From contig JAUCBJ010008771.1 in the NCBI GenBank assembly GCA_032718475.1, positions 1-53,613 on the forward strand: 53,613 nucleotides of DNA, given 5' to 3'. Both the position numbers and the translations under genes were made by a program. This DNA is from Nemertoderma westbladi. Its lineage: Eukaryota; Animalia; Xenacoelomorpha. Positions 13,001-24,529 of the stretch are shown piece by piece (position 1 is the stretch's first letter; every line of letters starts with the position of its first letter). The notes beneath the pieces are model-generated. The model did not search any database. It had not been told where the DNA came from and was given only the letters and a program-made list of their open reading frames with translations.

Positions 13001-14694
13001 TTAAAGACTACACGAAACTTAGGCGTGGATACACTATGGTGGGGCAGGTAGAAGCCAACATCTGGAGGGGTAGATGCCTTCTCAGCAATACCATCAATGA
13101 GGAGCTTCTGTATTTTTTCGGAATAGATGGTAGATAAGCTAGGTGTTAGTTTAGATATTACATGAGGCTGATAACGTTCTACAAAGGAACGATTACAGGT
13201 AGGGCGACGGCTGCTTTTAAAGGGAAGGCAGACCTGATACCGCAAGGGATTTTCCTGAGAACGGCAAGGTACAGTATAAGCAGGATCTGATTCAATTGGG
13301 TATTCCTTGATACCAACTGACTCAAGGCTCCATAGTCGAGTAATATCGTCATCCAACTCGGAAACAAAGAGTGAAGGACTAGATATATGGTCAATATTAG
13401 ATAAAGAATTCATTGGTCCAGAAAGGACATAACCAAAAAAGGTAGATATGGCAGTAGGTAAACCTGGAACTATCAAAGGTTGACCAGTTACTGACCAAAG
13501 TTGATCAGCTCCGATCATGAGGTCGATGGTGCGGTTGTTCCCATCAAAAGAATCGGCCCAAGGACCAAGATGAGCGATCTGACTGGGAAGGTATAGAAGA
13601 CGTTCCTGTCGCATGTCTGGACAAAGTCTCTCAGTGGTCCAAGCCATCAATGTGATAGGTTGTGGAGAGAAAGTACTCCTTAGGTCAAAGGATACACAAT
13701 GGGATAGTTGAGAATATACCTGTTCCCCAAAGGATCCGGTGGTTAAGGTACGGGACTGGCTAGCAGGTAGACCAATATGAGAGGCAGTGCTACCACGAAT
13801 ATAGGAACGTTTGGACCCATCGTCGAGATACACATGAATCCAAACACCAGTGTCTGAGTTTGGCGAAGAAATAAAAGCCCTTGCTATCTTAACAAATACA
13901 GTATAAGGTTCCAAGTCTGTAGCCGAATTTGCGGGATCAATGGATGCTGAACTAGGTTGCCAAGAAGTAGGCGGTTGATAGCTAATAGGTTTATCAGGTC
14001 GACTATTAGTGGTATTGGCGGCAGAAGAACTAGACACGCCTGATTTCTGACTATAGCATAATAAGGAGTGATGAGATTTACCACAACTGCGACATTTGGC
14101 GGTTGAAGGGCAACTGGCAGTTTTATGTGGACCAAGGCAATTATGGCACAAATGTGAAGATCTAATTAAAGCTGAACGATCTTCCGGTGATTTACTTAGG
14201 AAGGCAGAACAGAGTTTCATACTATGTGGTTTACCACCACAGGCTAGGCAAGAATGACGTTCAGAGACAGGCAATGCAGATACAGTAGATCGCTGAAATT
14301 CAATACGATTATGGCTGGAAAATCTCTGCTTAGAATCTGCAGTAGGTTTGGGGGTAGAATTATTTGAAGGTTTAAAGGCCATAGCCTCTCGAGTTTCCAG
14401 CTCTATACGAACAAACTTAAGAAGCTCAGTTAGATCAAAACGATCAGTAGTATGGCTGCGGTTCCATTCAAGTACAACCTCATTAGGAAGCTTCTGAATG
14501 AGCAATGGGGCCAGTAATAAAGAAGTTAATCCAGAGGATTGGGTACTATTTTGTGGCTGGCTGGAAGGTTCAATCTCAGAGGCCAGTGTCTGAATTTCGC
14601 GGAGAGAACCCTGGAATATATCAATAGTCCTACGAAAGGAACCTACATCATTAGCTATGATAGCAGGCAGGCTACAAATTCGGGATGCATACAA
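10066..14694 (-). CDS. BEL/Pao polyprotein (C-terminal Gag, three zinc knuckles, protease, RT, RNase H, integrase)
   Basis: CLAC..H..C / CHNCL..H..C / CRSC..HH knuckles, LDDGS protease, RVVFN / RVPFG / LCDD RT, HIFCDSS, PRLELLAA, WTDS and NPADLPSRG RNase H, HHCC, GIDFLGP, SDNA and GGYWERLV integrase. Confidence 0.93.
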   Translation of the reverse strand: MYASRICSLPAIIANDVGSFRRTIDIFQGSLREIQTLASEIEPSSQPQNSTQSSGLTSLLLAPLLIQKLPNEVVLEWNRSHTTDRFDLTELLKFVRIELETREAMAFKPSNNSTPKPTADSKQRFSSHNRIEFQRSTVSALPVSERHSCLACGGKPHSMKLCSAFLSKSPEDRSALIRSSHLCHNCLGPHKTASCPSTAKCRSCGKSHHSLLCYSQKSGVSSSSAANTTNSRPDKPISYQPPTSWQPSSASIDPANSATDLEPYTVFVKIARAFISSPNSDTGVWIHVYLDDGSKRSYIRGSTASHIGLPASQSRTLTTGSFGEQVYSQLSHCVSFDLRSTFSPQPITLMAWTTERLCPDMRQERLLYLPSQIAHLGPWADSFDGNNRTIDLMIGADQLWSVTGQPLIVPGLPTAISTFFGYVLSGPMNSLSNIDHISSPSLFVSELDDDITRLWSLESVGIKEYPIESDPAYTVPCRSQENPLRYQVCLPFKSSRRPTCNRSFVERYQPHVISKLTPSLSTIYSEKIQKLLIDGIAEKASTPPDVGFYLPHHSVSTPKFRVVFNGSSTDCKGVSLNSCLDSGPNLLAPLTDILLRFRLRPFIVVADVVTAFHQVELHPSDRLWVKFLWKGGYYQFKRVPFGLAFSSYHLHSTVLSHIYQNADPTFARQLVESLLCDDVVWSGDSQYEADKFLHDSVCLFSNAAMELKVIDSPCKVLGLSLDPTLDIIYVNTSVIKPPTIFNRRELLRSLAKVFDPLGLLCPWTIRPRLLLQRSWKVGGGWNTPLPIDLQSEWLSWSKEADQIVTFPRCVHITPSSHLHIFCDSSSHAYGFLAYVVQPRLQSFLYYGKSRAAPLKPTHSTPRLELLAALIGARFLHHVQSAIVQPDHVHLWTDSLCVLYWIRKGVAKRDVFVSNRLQEIATLSLPTQWRYVPTTLNPADLPSRGTHLSTLCNSDLYRHGPAYITEPESHWPQVPTPPPQLLTVEVPDPLLDCPIDISRFSDITHAIRVAAWVFRFVSNTRPGSCPVSGFPWATELTHALHFLIRVEQHKYFAGEVTSLTKNPDQLITRSSPLWRFHPLLKDGILVFIPRTGEIPLILLPQRSHLTYLIVQQTHQVLQHQGPEATLSQIRIRYWIPKGRSLVRKIVHGCPRCQRYRAVAYKPPESSLPSFRSTALAPFQTTGIDFLGPLYTTGKVKVWVALFTCACIRAISLEPVDNLKSQSAYLAVRKFLARRVPPFQMVEFRSDNAKTFLSLSTMRFPSHVITWRFIPARSPHWGGYWERLVRSVKTCLRTVCHGTVLSRPELDAFLAETESVLNQRPLTAASSDPSDHPPITPANFIYGAPPPVSTVDADAIDAPLIRSALYKRDKANRLFWKLWSHDYLSSLRTWRTAGSGHGKLPAIGDIVFVRESLPKGRGWTPRGQWPIGRITQIFIGKDGYPHSVELKLRGRTTTRAAHLLVPLECDSPYIHNRDRGGLHQPATHGSPNRGGTTVVDSHHPLPINSAPPGDNHEVSAPHPLDVSPPDVTITRSGRTVKRPDRFRD

Positions 14695-15421
14695 CCCAAT
14701 AAGATGATGCGGATTCCCGGTATCTTTGTTTCAAAAGATCAATGGAAAGATTGTAATTGCAGGCAGAAGCAGATATGCCAGCTAGGGCATCCTTAGCTTC
14801 ACCCTGGAGAGAGTGGCGGAGGTACACGAATTTCTTAATATCTGGTAGGCTGGTTTCATGCACTAATACACTGAATTGGTCCCAAAAAGGGCGCCATTGA
14901 ATAAAATCTCCATTAAAACGAGGTACCTGAATTTTAGGTAGGCCTTGAATATGTTCCTGCGGCCTAGAGTCTGATGAAGATATTGAATTATTATCAGTGC
15001 GGTCTGAGGCACGATCGAGACGAGTAAGGAGACGCTGTGACTTAAACAACAACTCATCCATCTGATCAAAGATACCACGATCAAGGGGCGCATGTCCAGC
15101 CCGATTTGGGGTACTCCCTTCCCCAAACTGGCTGTCGGTATCGACTTCTAAAGTTTGTGAAATTACATGGTTCAAGGCAGAACGCTGAGTTTCAAGTCGG
15201 TTGATCCTATAGGCGAGGTCATCCGAATCGGCTCTATCTCCAAGGTCACGGACAGCACTCAAATCAGCTATAAAACGTCTACAGCGCGTACGTTCTGTAT
15301 CTAATTGCAGCCTTAAATTGGCAACTTCCGGGATACCGGTAGGCGGTGTACCGGTAGGCGGTGTACCGGTAGGCGGTGTACCGGTAGCTGGCAATGTGGT
15401 ATCGTTTTCGAAATCTGACAT
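14672..15421 (-). CDS. BEL/Pao Gag N-terminal part (DUF1759-like), separated from the rest by a 1-nt frameshift
   Basis: LPKIQVPRFNGDFIQWRPFWDQF...KFVYLRHSLQGEA...LKQRY. Confidence 0.9.
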   Translation of the reverse strand: MSDFENDTTLPATGTPPTGTPPTGTPPTGIPEVANLRLQLDTERTRCRRFIADLSAVRDLGDRADSDDLAYRINRLETQRSALNHVISQTLEVDTDSQFGEGSTPNRAGHAPLDRGIFDQMDELLFKSQRLLTRLDRASDRTDNNSISSSDSRPQEHIQGLPKIQVPRFNGDFIQWRPFWDQFSVLVHETSLPDIKKFVYLRHSLQGEAKDALAGISASACNYNLSIDLLKQRYRESASSYWVVCIPNL

Positions 15422-15637
15422 AATTACAGAATTAGGTAGGCAGTACCGAATACCACATCAGTTACCGTTATGGAGGTTCTGAGTTAAAGTGTAGGCCGAT
15501 TGCTGTACCGGTAAAGGAATGTAAAATGGCAGCGACGTACTGTTAACAGTTATCCAAGTATGAAATTCCGAGGATGTTGATCGAGTTTATACTGTTACAG
15601 TATACCGGTAAGGTGAAATCGAAAGGTTCATCGCAGT

Positions 15638-15653
15638 AATCCGGTTCGAAGAG
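15638..15653 (-). promoter_or_regulatory. tRNA-Tyr-like primer binding site lacking the usual TGG
   Basis: CTCTTCGAACCGGATT immediately after the 5' LTR resembles the typical BEL PBS TGGTCCTTCGA(A/G)CCGGAT. Confidence 0.6.
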
Positions 15654-15930
15654 TGTGGCAACGCCAAAGGTTGGTAAGATAAAAGGTAGGCATAACTTGT
15701 GGACTGTATAATATAATAAGTACTGAAATATAATAGGTCGGCAGGTAGGTCGGCATACAGACTGACAGGCATGACAGGTAAGAAGGCATTTGGTACTGTA
15801 CCGGTAGGTAAGTACGGTATGTGTACAATAAGGCCATAAAGCATATAATCAAGGTCCATTATATATCTCTACTGTAGTTAAGGAGTCTTTAAGTCTATAA
15901 GTAGGAAAGGAGTCTATAAACGTCGGCACA
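15654..15930 (-). repeat. 5' LTR of element 1
   Basis: Direct repeat of 9769-10045. Confidence 0.97.
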
Positions 15931-16702
15931 GATTTAGCTAGTAATTTCAACACTGGTTCCGACATCCTACTTCCCTCTATAAATTTTTTGTAGTAGCTAG
16001 TTCTTATTACTATTTGTATAGAAAATGTTAGCTATTCATTTTAAGAAAAAATCACGTTCTAGAACGAATCTTTTTTGTTCTAGAACATTTTTTAGAAAAA
16101 AATCTAGATTCTATTTAAAACGCATGGAATCGTTCTAAAACGTGTTTAAACTCAATAAAAAAATTTTTTCAAAATTGTATTCACAATATTTTTTTTTCAC
16201 AATTTTTTTTATTGATTTTAAACACGTTTTAGAAGATTTCATGCGTTTTAAATAGAATCCAGATTTTTTTCTAAAAAATGTTCTAGAACAAAAAATATTT
16301 GTTCTAGAACATAACTTTTTTAAAAATGAATAGCTACCATGTTCTGGAACATTTTCTATACAAATAGTAATAAGTAGCTACTACAAAAAATTTATAGAGG
16401 GAAGTAGGATGTCGGAATCAGTGTTGAAATTACTAGCTAAACCTACCTAAAACACTAGCTACCATAGAATTTAGTATCTTGCTTAACGCAGAGACTTAAA
16501 TTACGACCGTTGACCAAATTGCAGCAAATGAAAATTTATAGAACTCTCCCCATATCAAAATATCAAAATAGTGTAAAAGAAAAAACTGGCCTCTTTTTTT
16601 AAGGCCAAATCGATAACATGTTAGGCCGTATATATAGTAGGCCATGCCTGAATACGGTATAGTAAGATAGTAATAGCTGAATAGGACTAGGCCTATTTGC
16701 CA

Positions 16703-17003
16703 GATTTTAATCCTGTTTGCGTTTTTTTCGAAGCAAACTTTTCGAAGCTGGCTGACTGGTCTCGTCGTCAACTGCCAACAAACGATACTACCAGATTTAT
16801 TTTTTTTAATGTTACAGCATTTGAAATATCAAAATATGCTAAACAAAATTCTAGTATTTTCAAAATTCGGGTATTTTTAGCATATTTTGATAATTTTAAA
16901 TGCTATAACTTTTGATATAATTCAAAAAAAAAATCTGGTACCGATAGTATCGTTTGTTGGCGACACCAGGAGCTTCGAAAAAAACGCAAACAGAATTAAA
17001 ATC
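16703..17003. mobile_element. Palindromic MITE-like element
   Basis: GATTTTAATCCTGTTTGCGTTTTTTTCGAAGC ... GCTTCGAAAAAAACGCAAACAGAATTAAAATC, with the inner arms also complementary. Confidence 0.7.
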
Positions 17004-18884
17004 GGTTCATAATTACAGAACTAGTACTGTAGTAGGGAATTATGTGAAAAAAAAGATAAACCGAGAAAAACGTGTTTTAAATGGGTTTGTATAATGTATA
17101 ACCCCGACAGCTGAATAGCTCTTCCCAGTGAATCCTATGGGAATATACTCACTGCTGTGTTACAGTAGGTGGGAGGGGAGGCCAGCTGGTGAATTGTAAG
17201 CACTGGGCCGTTCAAATGTTTCATAGGTTGATTATAATGAATGAGGAGGGACCCAACTAACAATATGTTTGTCTATGGACGGTCTCCTTATAACCTGCTT
17301 GCTGGCTATTCTAGTTGAATCATTTTATTCTGCAACCAATAATTTTCCCTTTTAGACAAATTTGTGCGTTTTTTTTGCTGGACTAACAAATTTTGGCGAC
17401 GTTCTGTGCGAGATTGGCGATATTTGAAAAGATTCTAAGCCTGAAATATGTTGCTCAAATGACTGAATAGCAGAAAATAAAAAAGTTGATGCATACTCGA
17501 TGAGTTGGAATCGGTGAAATTCGACTTTAAATTTAAAAAACCGCTATTTTTCAGTGACCCCGTGATCGAAAAGCCACAAAAAATATACAGTCTTTTTCGC
17601 AACCAAAATTTATGTAGAGTTTGTTATGAAAATGTTTGCATACCTGGTTGAGTTTTTGAGATATTGGATGGTTATACATACATACATACATACACATATA
17701 CCCGCACATTGTGTTTTTGAACGGCTCAACTCTTGACAAGAACTATCCTGGCCTATTAATAGGCAGGTTCGTTTTTAATACAAATCTTTTCCAAAATCAT
17801 TACGGCGAAAAAAGTTTAAATGTAGATGTGAACTGAAATTCAAACCATTCGGTGTTATATCTTTGTTTAAGCCAGTATTAAGAAAATAAAATTGATTTAT
17901 TGCTTGTATATATTGAGTACCTAAACTTCTCAGTTCACAAAATTTAGCTTAAAGTAAATGAAATATATATAAAGAAAGTAATAGGAACGCATTTTATGCA
18001 ACTATGTTCACCATGATCCGGTCTCTTGAATATAATCTTGGGTTGAAATAATTATATTTTATACAGACAAATTTCAAGCAATTAAAATTTAGAATCAGCG
18101 AATTATTTATTTGTTCTAGCAAATTATTTTGAATACAGGGTAAGATTCACGCTGACTCGAAAATCGTATTTAAAGTTATATTTACAACAATCATTCTTAT
18201 AATTACATGCTAGGTTGGACTGTGACAATAATGTTTATTGTATTTTATTTATACCTCTTTATGTATTTCAAACATATTTATATTGTCAACCTGATTTATA
18301 TAATACATATTAATAATAATAATATTAAAGATAAGTAACAGTTAATAATTTTTTTATTTCATTTTATTTATATTTTTGGAAAGGGAAAGGGCTGTATCAA
18401 TACTGTAGATTATATCAGTACGATAATGCAGATTGGCATAGTTACTGAACAGAATATGTTAAAAGTTACTGGAAATGTCTTGTGTTTTAATTATTATTAA
18501 TACTTTATTAATAAATTGTTATAAGGGTAGCAATGTCACGGGCATGAAAAAAACAATGGGATTAAATTCCAAGCTACGCAAATGATCCTTTCTTTTGATT
18601 TTTCAGGTAAAGGATGGAAGGTAATGTGCAGTATTAAAATACCATCCAAAATATTTATATCAAAATTCTGTACAAATGTGACATAACATGATTTAATAAT
18701 AATAGTTGATTAAACATGACCTAACTTATCATACTCTAACAATATTATATCATATTTTATTTCAATTATTTGAAAGTAAATATAACATACATAAGTTTTT
18801 TTAACAACAGAAGTTGATTTAAAAGAAATTGTATATTACATGTATATACAATTGCGACAAAACAATTTGCATTGATCCTGAGTT

Positions 18885-19534
18885 TCAATTCACAGTTTCT
18901 TGAGCTAGACTTTCATCATAAATTGAATCCATCTGTGCTTCTGATGCATAACAACTGTAATAGCGAGCATGAGCAATATATCCTGGAAAGGCAACCTCAC
19001 CATGTTCTCGTCTCCCTATGTTCAGAGTGTTCTTAGTATCTATTGTTCGAGCTGTTGATGGTGTATCAAACTCCATCTTCTGATGTTCAACATTTCCTAC
19101 TTTCCGACTGTAGAACATCACCTTGTTATCAACTGCATTGACAGCAACAGCAACCATATACCATTCATTAATTTCTACTGCATTAGTCATTGTAAGTCCT
19201 GGTGAAATTCCATTTGCAGCATTAAACTTTAAGGTTGTTGCTTCAGGATGTAACCACATATATGGACCTATGGCTGAAGGATTTCCAAATTCAAAAATTG
19301 GACCAGTTCCCCCAGGTTTTACAAAAGCTACCATGGTGAATGTTTCTGATAGTAACTCTATATCATGTTGTACAGAAACATATCCACTATGGAAATTCAT
19401 TGCCTGGTTATCGACTCCTGTAGGTCCTGGACCAAATGATGAACTTCCTTTGATGATCCCATTTTGATTTCCTATCTTGTCATCGGCTCCATATTTTACG
19501 TCCAATGGCCAGTATGATTCTTTTTGACATTGAT
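18885..19534 (-). CDS. LamG/ConA-like domain exon F (probable terminal exon)
   Basis: Phase-1 acceptor TTGCAG at 19535-19540. Motifs YWPL..G..D, GP.G...AMNF, FTMVAFVK, EWYMVAV, IG.R, F.GYIA. Stop TGA followed by AT-rich sequence with AATAAA (~18757-18762). Confidence 0.85.
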
Positions 19535-19789
19535 CTGCAATGCATGCAAACATATGTATACCAACAACAATCGGAAATCATATTTCAGTATATATATACA
19601 TAATTACATAATTAATAGTGTGGCCCAGTATTTGTTTTAGACTTGGAACAAATACTGGAATTTGACTCCATATATTATAAAACTACCGTACGGTACTGTA
19701 CTGACAACTGACACACTGCTTGGCGCTATTATTGAAGACTACACCCGATTTTGTAACTAACTAAGGTTCACCGAGTTTCCAAATTTACA

Positions 19790-20965
19790 CCACAAAGCCA
19801 GTCTGCTGTGGGTGCAACCACAGATCTGGTCGTTGCGTTCGATGTTGGTGTGTGAGATCGGGGTCCCCATTGCACATCCTGTGCCCCATTGGCAAACGGG
19901 CGTTGCTCAACCAGCCAGTCGGGTCACCCAGGTTCGGTACCTAGTCAACTGGTTCCTCCAGCGTCGGTATCCACCCAGCCATGCCCCTCAAGAGTCGGCA
20001 TCCAGCCAGTGGGCCCTCCAGCCGCAGAACATTTCCAGCCAACTGCCACCCCATACCCCACCCAACCTGCCACAACCTTCGGGAGTTTCTGGGACCACAT
20101 AAACGCGAGTTTGCAACACTATGACCTTCAGAACTTAATATCGAGGGCCTAGGGTGCCCCATTGATTGAAAAGGGTGCTGCACTGGATACTCTCCTTTAC
20201 CAGTGGGGCACAGTTGGTCGCGACGTTGTTAATATATTGGCTGATGAAGCCACTGCCTTTGTTGCCACCCTACAGCATAACATAACAAATGCGCAATCTG
20301 AACGGATCTTATTGGCTGATTCCCTTCTTCTTCACCATCACCCCAAGGTCATCAAAGGTGCCGATCCGACATCCGCCGTCTTCTCACAGGTAGAGTCAAG
20401 TTATGGAGGTCTAGTCAGCTGGATGCCCTCCTGCAAGTGGCTGAGTGCTGCTCATTAAAGTTTGGTTCAGGTAATAACCACCATAAACAATAGACACAGA
20501 CAGTCAAGAAGAACTACTTGGGTGTTCTCAAGACTGATGCTAGAAGGCAAAGTGCTCAGCGCAGTGAGATCGGTGACTGGCAGGGAGTCTGATGATGTAC
20601 TCGACCCAAATGATGAGATCGATGTGAATTGCCTTAAGGTCAACGTTCTGAAGGTGCTCCAAAAGAAGCACCCACAAGCCACGCCTCCTCATTCTCAGTT
20701 GCTACTTGAAGTGGAAGACTTCCCCCTCCGTGTCGACGTTAACATAACCGGCACCCACATCGAAGCCACCACCCATCGGCAGCATGGTGGATCAGGTCCA
20801 ACAGGTTCGGACTATACCCGCTGGCGAGACTATCTCCTCTTCTATGGGGCCCTCAGTGAGCAGTTCCGTGACTCGATAGCCAGGATTACTCTCTCTTTAG
20901 CCAACTCTGCCATCCCATGGGGGGAAGTTCGTGCCCTTATGTCTGGTCGCCTTGTGGCACGAGAT
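19790..20965 (+). pseudogene. CRE-clade-like non-LTR retrotransposon 5' fragment
   Basis: N-terminal Cys cluster (CCGCN..RCVRCWCVRSG..SC...RC) and GGSGPTG..W..LL.YG..S...LAN..PW...ALM..RLVA, the segment preceding RT in CRE-type elements. Truncated before RT and contains stops. Confidence 0.6.
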
Positions 20966-22156
20966 ATTTACCCAAGGGACAAGTTATAACCCCGAGGCAA
21001 AGCTGAAGGCTTATAACTGGCCGCAGAGTTTTTTTATAGTTATTATTTCGAAATATACATTTGGTACACCTGAAGAATCTGATGACAATGAACGATGATG
21101 TTTGCTGACCTTTTCAAAAATATATTATAAATATTTAATCAACATATTGGCGATTTTTGGTTTGCGTAGGCCTACTTAAGAAATCAATTGTATGAAAAAT
21201 TTATTTTTAATAAACACAGTTTATTATTTGAAATTTGCAATTAGATTATTTAAAACATATTGGTTGTTATATATGTTAACATTCCTTCCTTTTGATATTA
21301 AATATTAATCTCATAAAAAACATAAAAAGCTTGGGGGGGGGGGGGGGGGGGGAAGATAAACTGTATGAGGGATGCTTTTGTTCTGTTGTAAAATCCCACG
21401 ATACTACAATAATAAACTACTTCTAATCCATAGTTTTGTTTACATACTCTTCTAAAGTCTTCAAATATATCAGCAAGGAGACGAAGTCGAGATTCAAGTA
21501 TGCTAGAAGATAATCTTGAGATTCGAACATTCAAATTGACTCCATGGCGTGCTAGCATAGCTATAATCCTCGGGTGTGTGTAAAAAATGTTTCTATTCGT
21601 GGTAAATTGGTATCATTGAGTTTATTTAGTAAGTTATCATTTATTTAAATGTGTCAGACACTCATAGGGAAGAAATATACCTTTTTGATTAATTGTTGCA
21701 TTATTTAAATTAAGCCAAAAATGTTTCACTTGCTGTACAGTACTCGGTAGAACTGAACTTATATCGCCTCTGTTTATCTCCTTTGTTGAACAATCAACTA
21801 AGTTACTCTTAGAAATTGATAAATGTATCAAAAACTCGTAACTCAATTTTTGTAGGAGCATCGGGTTTTCCCAATGTTTAATCGGGATGTGTGCACTGAA
21901 ATATACCATTCTGTATTTTTCGGTGAAACTTTTATATTCCAATCAGAATATGTACTATTTCAAAAACACCTTTCGCAATATTTCCTATTAAAGATATGTT
22001 TCACTTTAGAATTCATCAACTGATCCTGGTTAGGTATACAAACCTAATTATGATATTATTTTATCTTAATTTATTTTAATTATGATTATATTTTTATATA
22101 TATGATGTACTTTTTATATGCATGTTTATTCATTAATTTTAATTATTATTACAAAC

Positions 22157-22819
22157 CTGTTTCTGTCCCAGTCTGTATCTCAAATTGTAAACTTTCATCA
22201 TAGATTGACTCAATCTGAGCTTCTGATACATAACAACCATAATAGCGAGCATGAGCAATGTATCCTGGAAAGGTAAGCCCAGAAACCTCCCGTGCACCTA
22301 TATTCACAGTATTATTAGTGTCTGCTGTACCTCGAGCTGTTGATGGTGTATCAAACTCCATCTTCTGATGTTCAACATTTCCTACTTTCCGACTGTACAA
22401 CATCACCTTTTTATCAACCGCATTGACTCCAACAGCCACCATATACCATTCATTAAGTTCCACTGCATTAGCCATTGTAAGTGCTGGTGAAATTCCATTT
22501 AATGCATTAAACTTTAAGGTTGTTGCAGGCTTTAACCAAAAAAGGGAGTAACCCATTGTTGAAGGATTCCCATATTCAAATATCGAACTATATGTATTTA
22601 CCATATGTTTCACAAAAGCTACCACGGTAAATGTTTCTGATAGTAACTCTATACCATGTTGTACAGAAACATATCCGGTATGGAAATTCATTGCCTGGTT
22701 ATCGACTCCTGATGGTCCTGGTCCGAATGATGGACTTCTTTTGATTATCCCATTTTGTTTACCCATCTTGTCATTTGCTCCATATTCTATGTTTAGGGGC
22801 CAGTAGGCTTCATCAATAA
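22157..22819 (-). CDS. LamG/ConA-like domain exon E (663 nt, phase 1-1)
   Basis: Acceptor TTTACAG, donor GTTTGT, open frame, paralogous to the other exons. Confidence 0.85.
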
Positions 22820-22919
22820 CTGTAAATGTAATTAACAATATTATTGTATGATTATCAATAACCATTTGAGCACATCATTTTTGCCACTCATTAGGTACTC
22901 AATAGAAGAATCTATCTAT

Positions 22920-23425
22920 CTATTATCGGCCTGCTGCATTGAGGCTGCACATTGAGATGATATGCTGGCTTAACAAAAATATTTTGCCACCACCATACAA
23001 TCCACAATTGGCAAGCCCAATGTATCATGCATTAAGAATGCTATGCCGGCTTATCAACAAAGTTGCACCGCCACAACTCCCTATCCACCATGGCATTCAT
23101 GAGGTAATCCGCATCTTCAAGGCCAGTGTCCTTTAAGTGTCGTCTCAAGAATGTCATGGTCTGTCCACCATGCTTATTCGCTCCATGGGTTTGCCAAAGC
23201 ACAAGATTGTGTACAGGCTGGTCCTCATGGCGAAAACAATGTCCTGCAATGCGGAGTCGGCTTTGTTCAAATGTCAAGCTTGGGGGAACCAATGAGACAC
23301 TTCCAATGTTATATACTGCCTGGTTGGAGATTTGTACATTGTACTTGACACGGCGTAGCATTCGTGTGAGTGCCAACCAGATATTTGGTGTCCTCAGCAG
23401 TTAGAGCCCAGCCTTGACTCCCATA
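22920..23425 (-). mobile_element. RTE-clade LINE 3' fragment (copy 2)
   Basis: TRMLRR...RLRIAGHCFRHEDQPVHNLVLWQ plus the shared family 3' tail. Confidence 0.85.
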
Positions 23426-23866
23426 GATAATTATAGGATAATTATAGTTAATGGACGTACGTAAGTTACCTACATAGATTATTCCCCCATTTCACACAAT
23501 AGCAACCTTTACAAGTTTTACAAGTTCTGCATTCTCCAGCACTATTCAATTATACAATATATAATATTATTCAAATGCAATTACAATTACAGCGCTATAA
23601 TTGCTGGTAGTAGGAATGAAACGGAATTAGGTTGCACATGGGTGTGTGCGATCTTAGACCAAATCCTTCATTCTCTCATCTTATTGGCGATTCGAATTGG
23701 GCAGGAGATGGAGACTCGGGATAATGGTCAGGGCAATTAGTGCCTCCAAGGAGGTAGGAGGCTCGGGAGGGGTCTGAGCACTGCCCAGTGAGCAATAGAG
23801 CAAATTCCAAAATGCATTTTATTCATACTTTTAATTATTATAACAAACATAATTATTATTACAAAC

Positions 23867-24529
23867 CTGTTTCTGTCCCAATCTGTATCTCAAATTGTAA
23901 ACTTTCATCATAGATTGACTCCATCTGTGCTTCTGATGCATAACAACTGTAATAGCGGGCATGAGCAATATATCCTGGAAAGGCAACCTCACCATGTTCT
24001 CGTCTTCCTATCAACAGAGTGTTCTTAGTATCTACTGTACTTCGAGCTGTTGATGGTGTATCAAACTCCATCTTCTGATGTTCAACATTTCCTACTTTCC
24101 GACTGGAGAACATCACCTTTTTATCAACTGCATTGACTCCAACAGCAACCATATACCATTCATTAATTTCTACTGCATTAGTCATTGTAAGTCCTGGTGA
24201 AATTCTATTTGCAGCATTAAACATTAGGGTTGTTGCTTCGGGATGTAACCACATATATGAACCCATGGCTGAAGATTTTCCGTATTCAAATATTGGACCA
24301 GTTCCCTCAGGTTTTACAAAAGCTACCATGGTGAATGTTTCTGATAGTAACTCTATACCATGTTGTACAGAAACATATCCACTATGGAAATTCATTGCCT
24401 GGTTATCGACTCCTGATGGTCCTGGAACTAATGATGGGTTTCCTTTTATGGTACCATCTTCTTTCCCAATTTTGTCCATCACACCAAAGTGTATGTTTAA
24501 TGGCCAATAAGCTGATGATTGGCAGTAAC
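23867..24529 (-). CDS. LamG/ConA-like domain exon D (663 nt, phase 1-1)
   Basis: Acceptor TTTAAG then YCQSSAYWPLNIHFG, donor GTTTGT, open frame. Confidence 0.85.

Larger units (their letters stand above)
9769..15930 (-). mobile_element. Full-length BEL/Pao LTR retrotransposon (element 1)
   Basis: TG...CA 277-bp LTRs that appear identical, 5-bp TSD GATTT (9764-9768, 15931-15935), domain order Gag-PR-RT-RH-IN, short PPT (CCCCC on + strand at 10046-10050). Confidence 0.97.
9562..16642. mobile_element. ~0.9-kb foldback/palindromic MITE interrupted by the BEL element
   Basis: 9562-9768 joined to 15936-~16165 is the reverse complement of ~16200-16642 (e.g. GGCCTTAAAAAAAGAGGCCAG vs CTGGCCTCTTTTTTTAAGGCC). 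Confidence 0.85.

Noticed and set aside
19123-19467. Plus-strand ORFs opposite the LamG exons (also 24133 and 50740)
   Set aside because: Antisense shadows of conserved coding exons.
21298-21942. Two minus-strand ORFs that look like decayed coding sequence
   Set aside because: No recognisable motif, so no call can be supported without a search.
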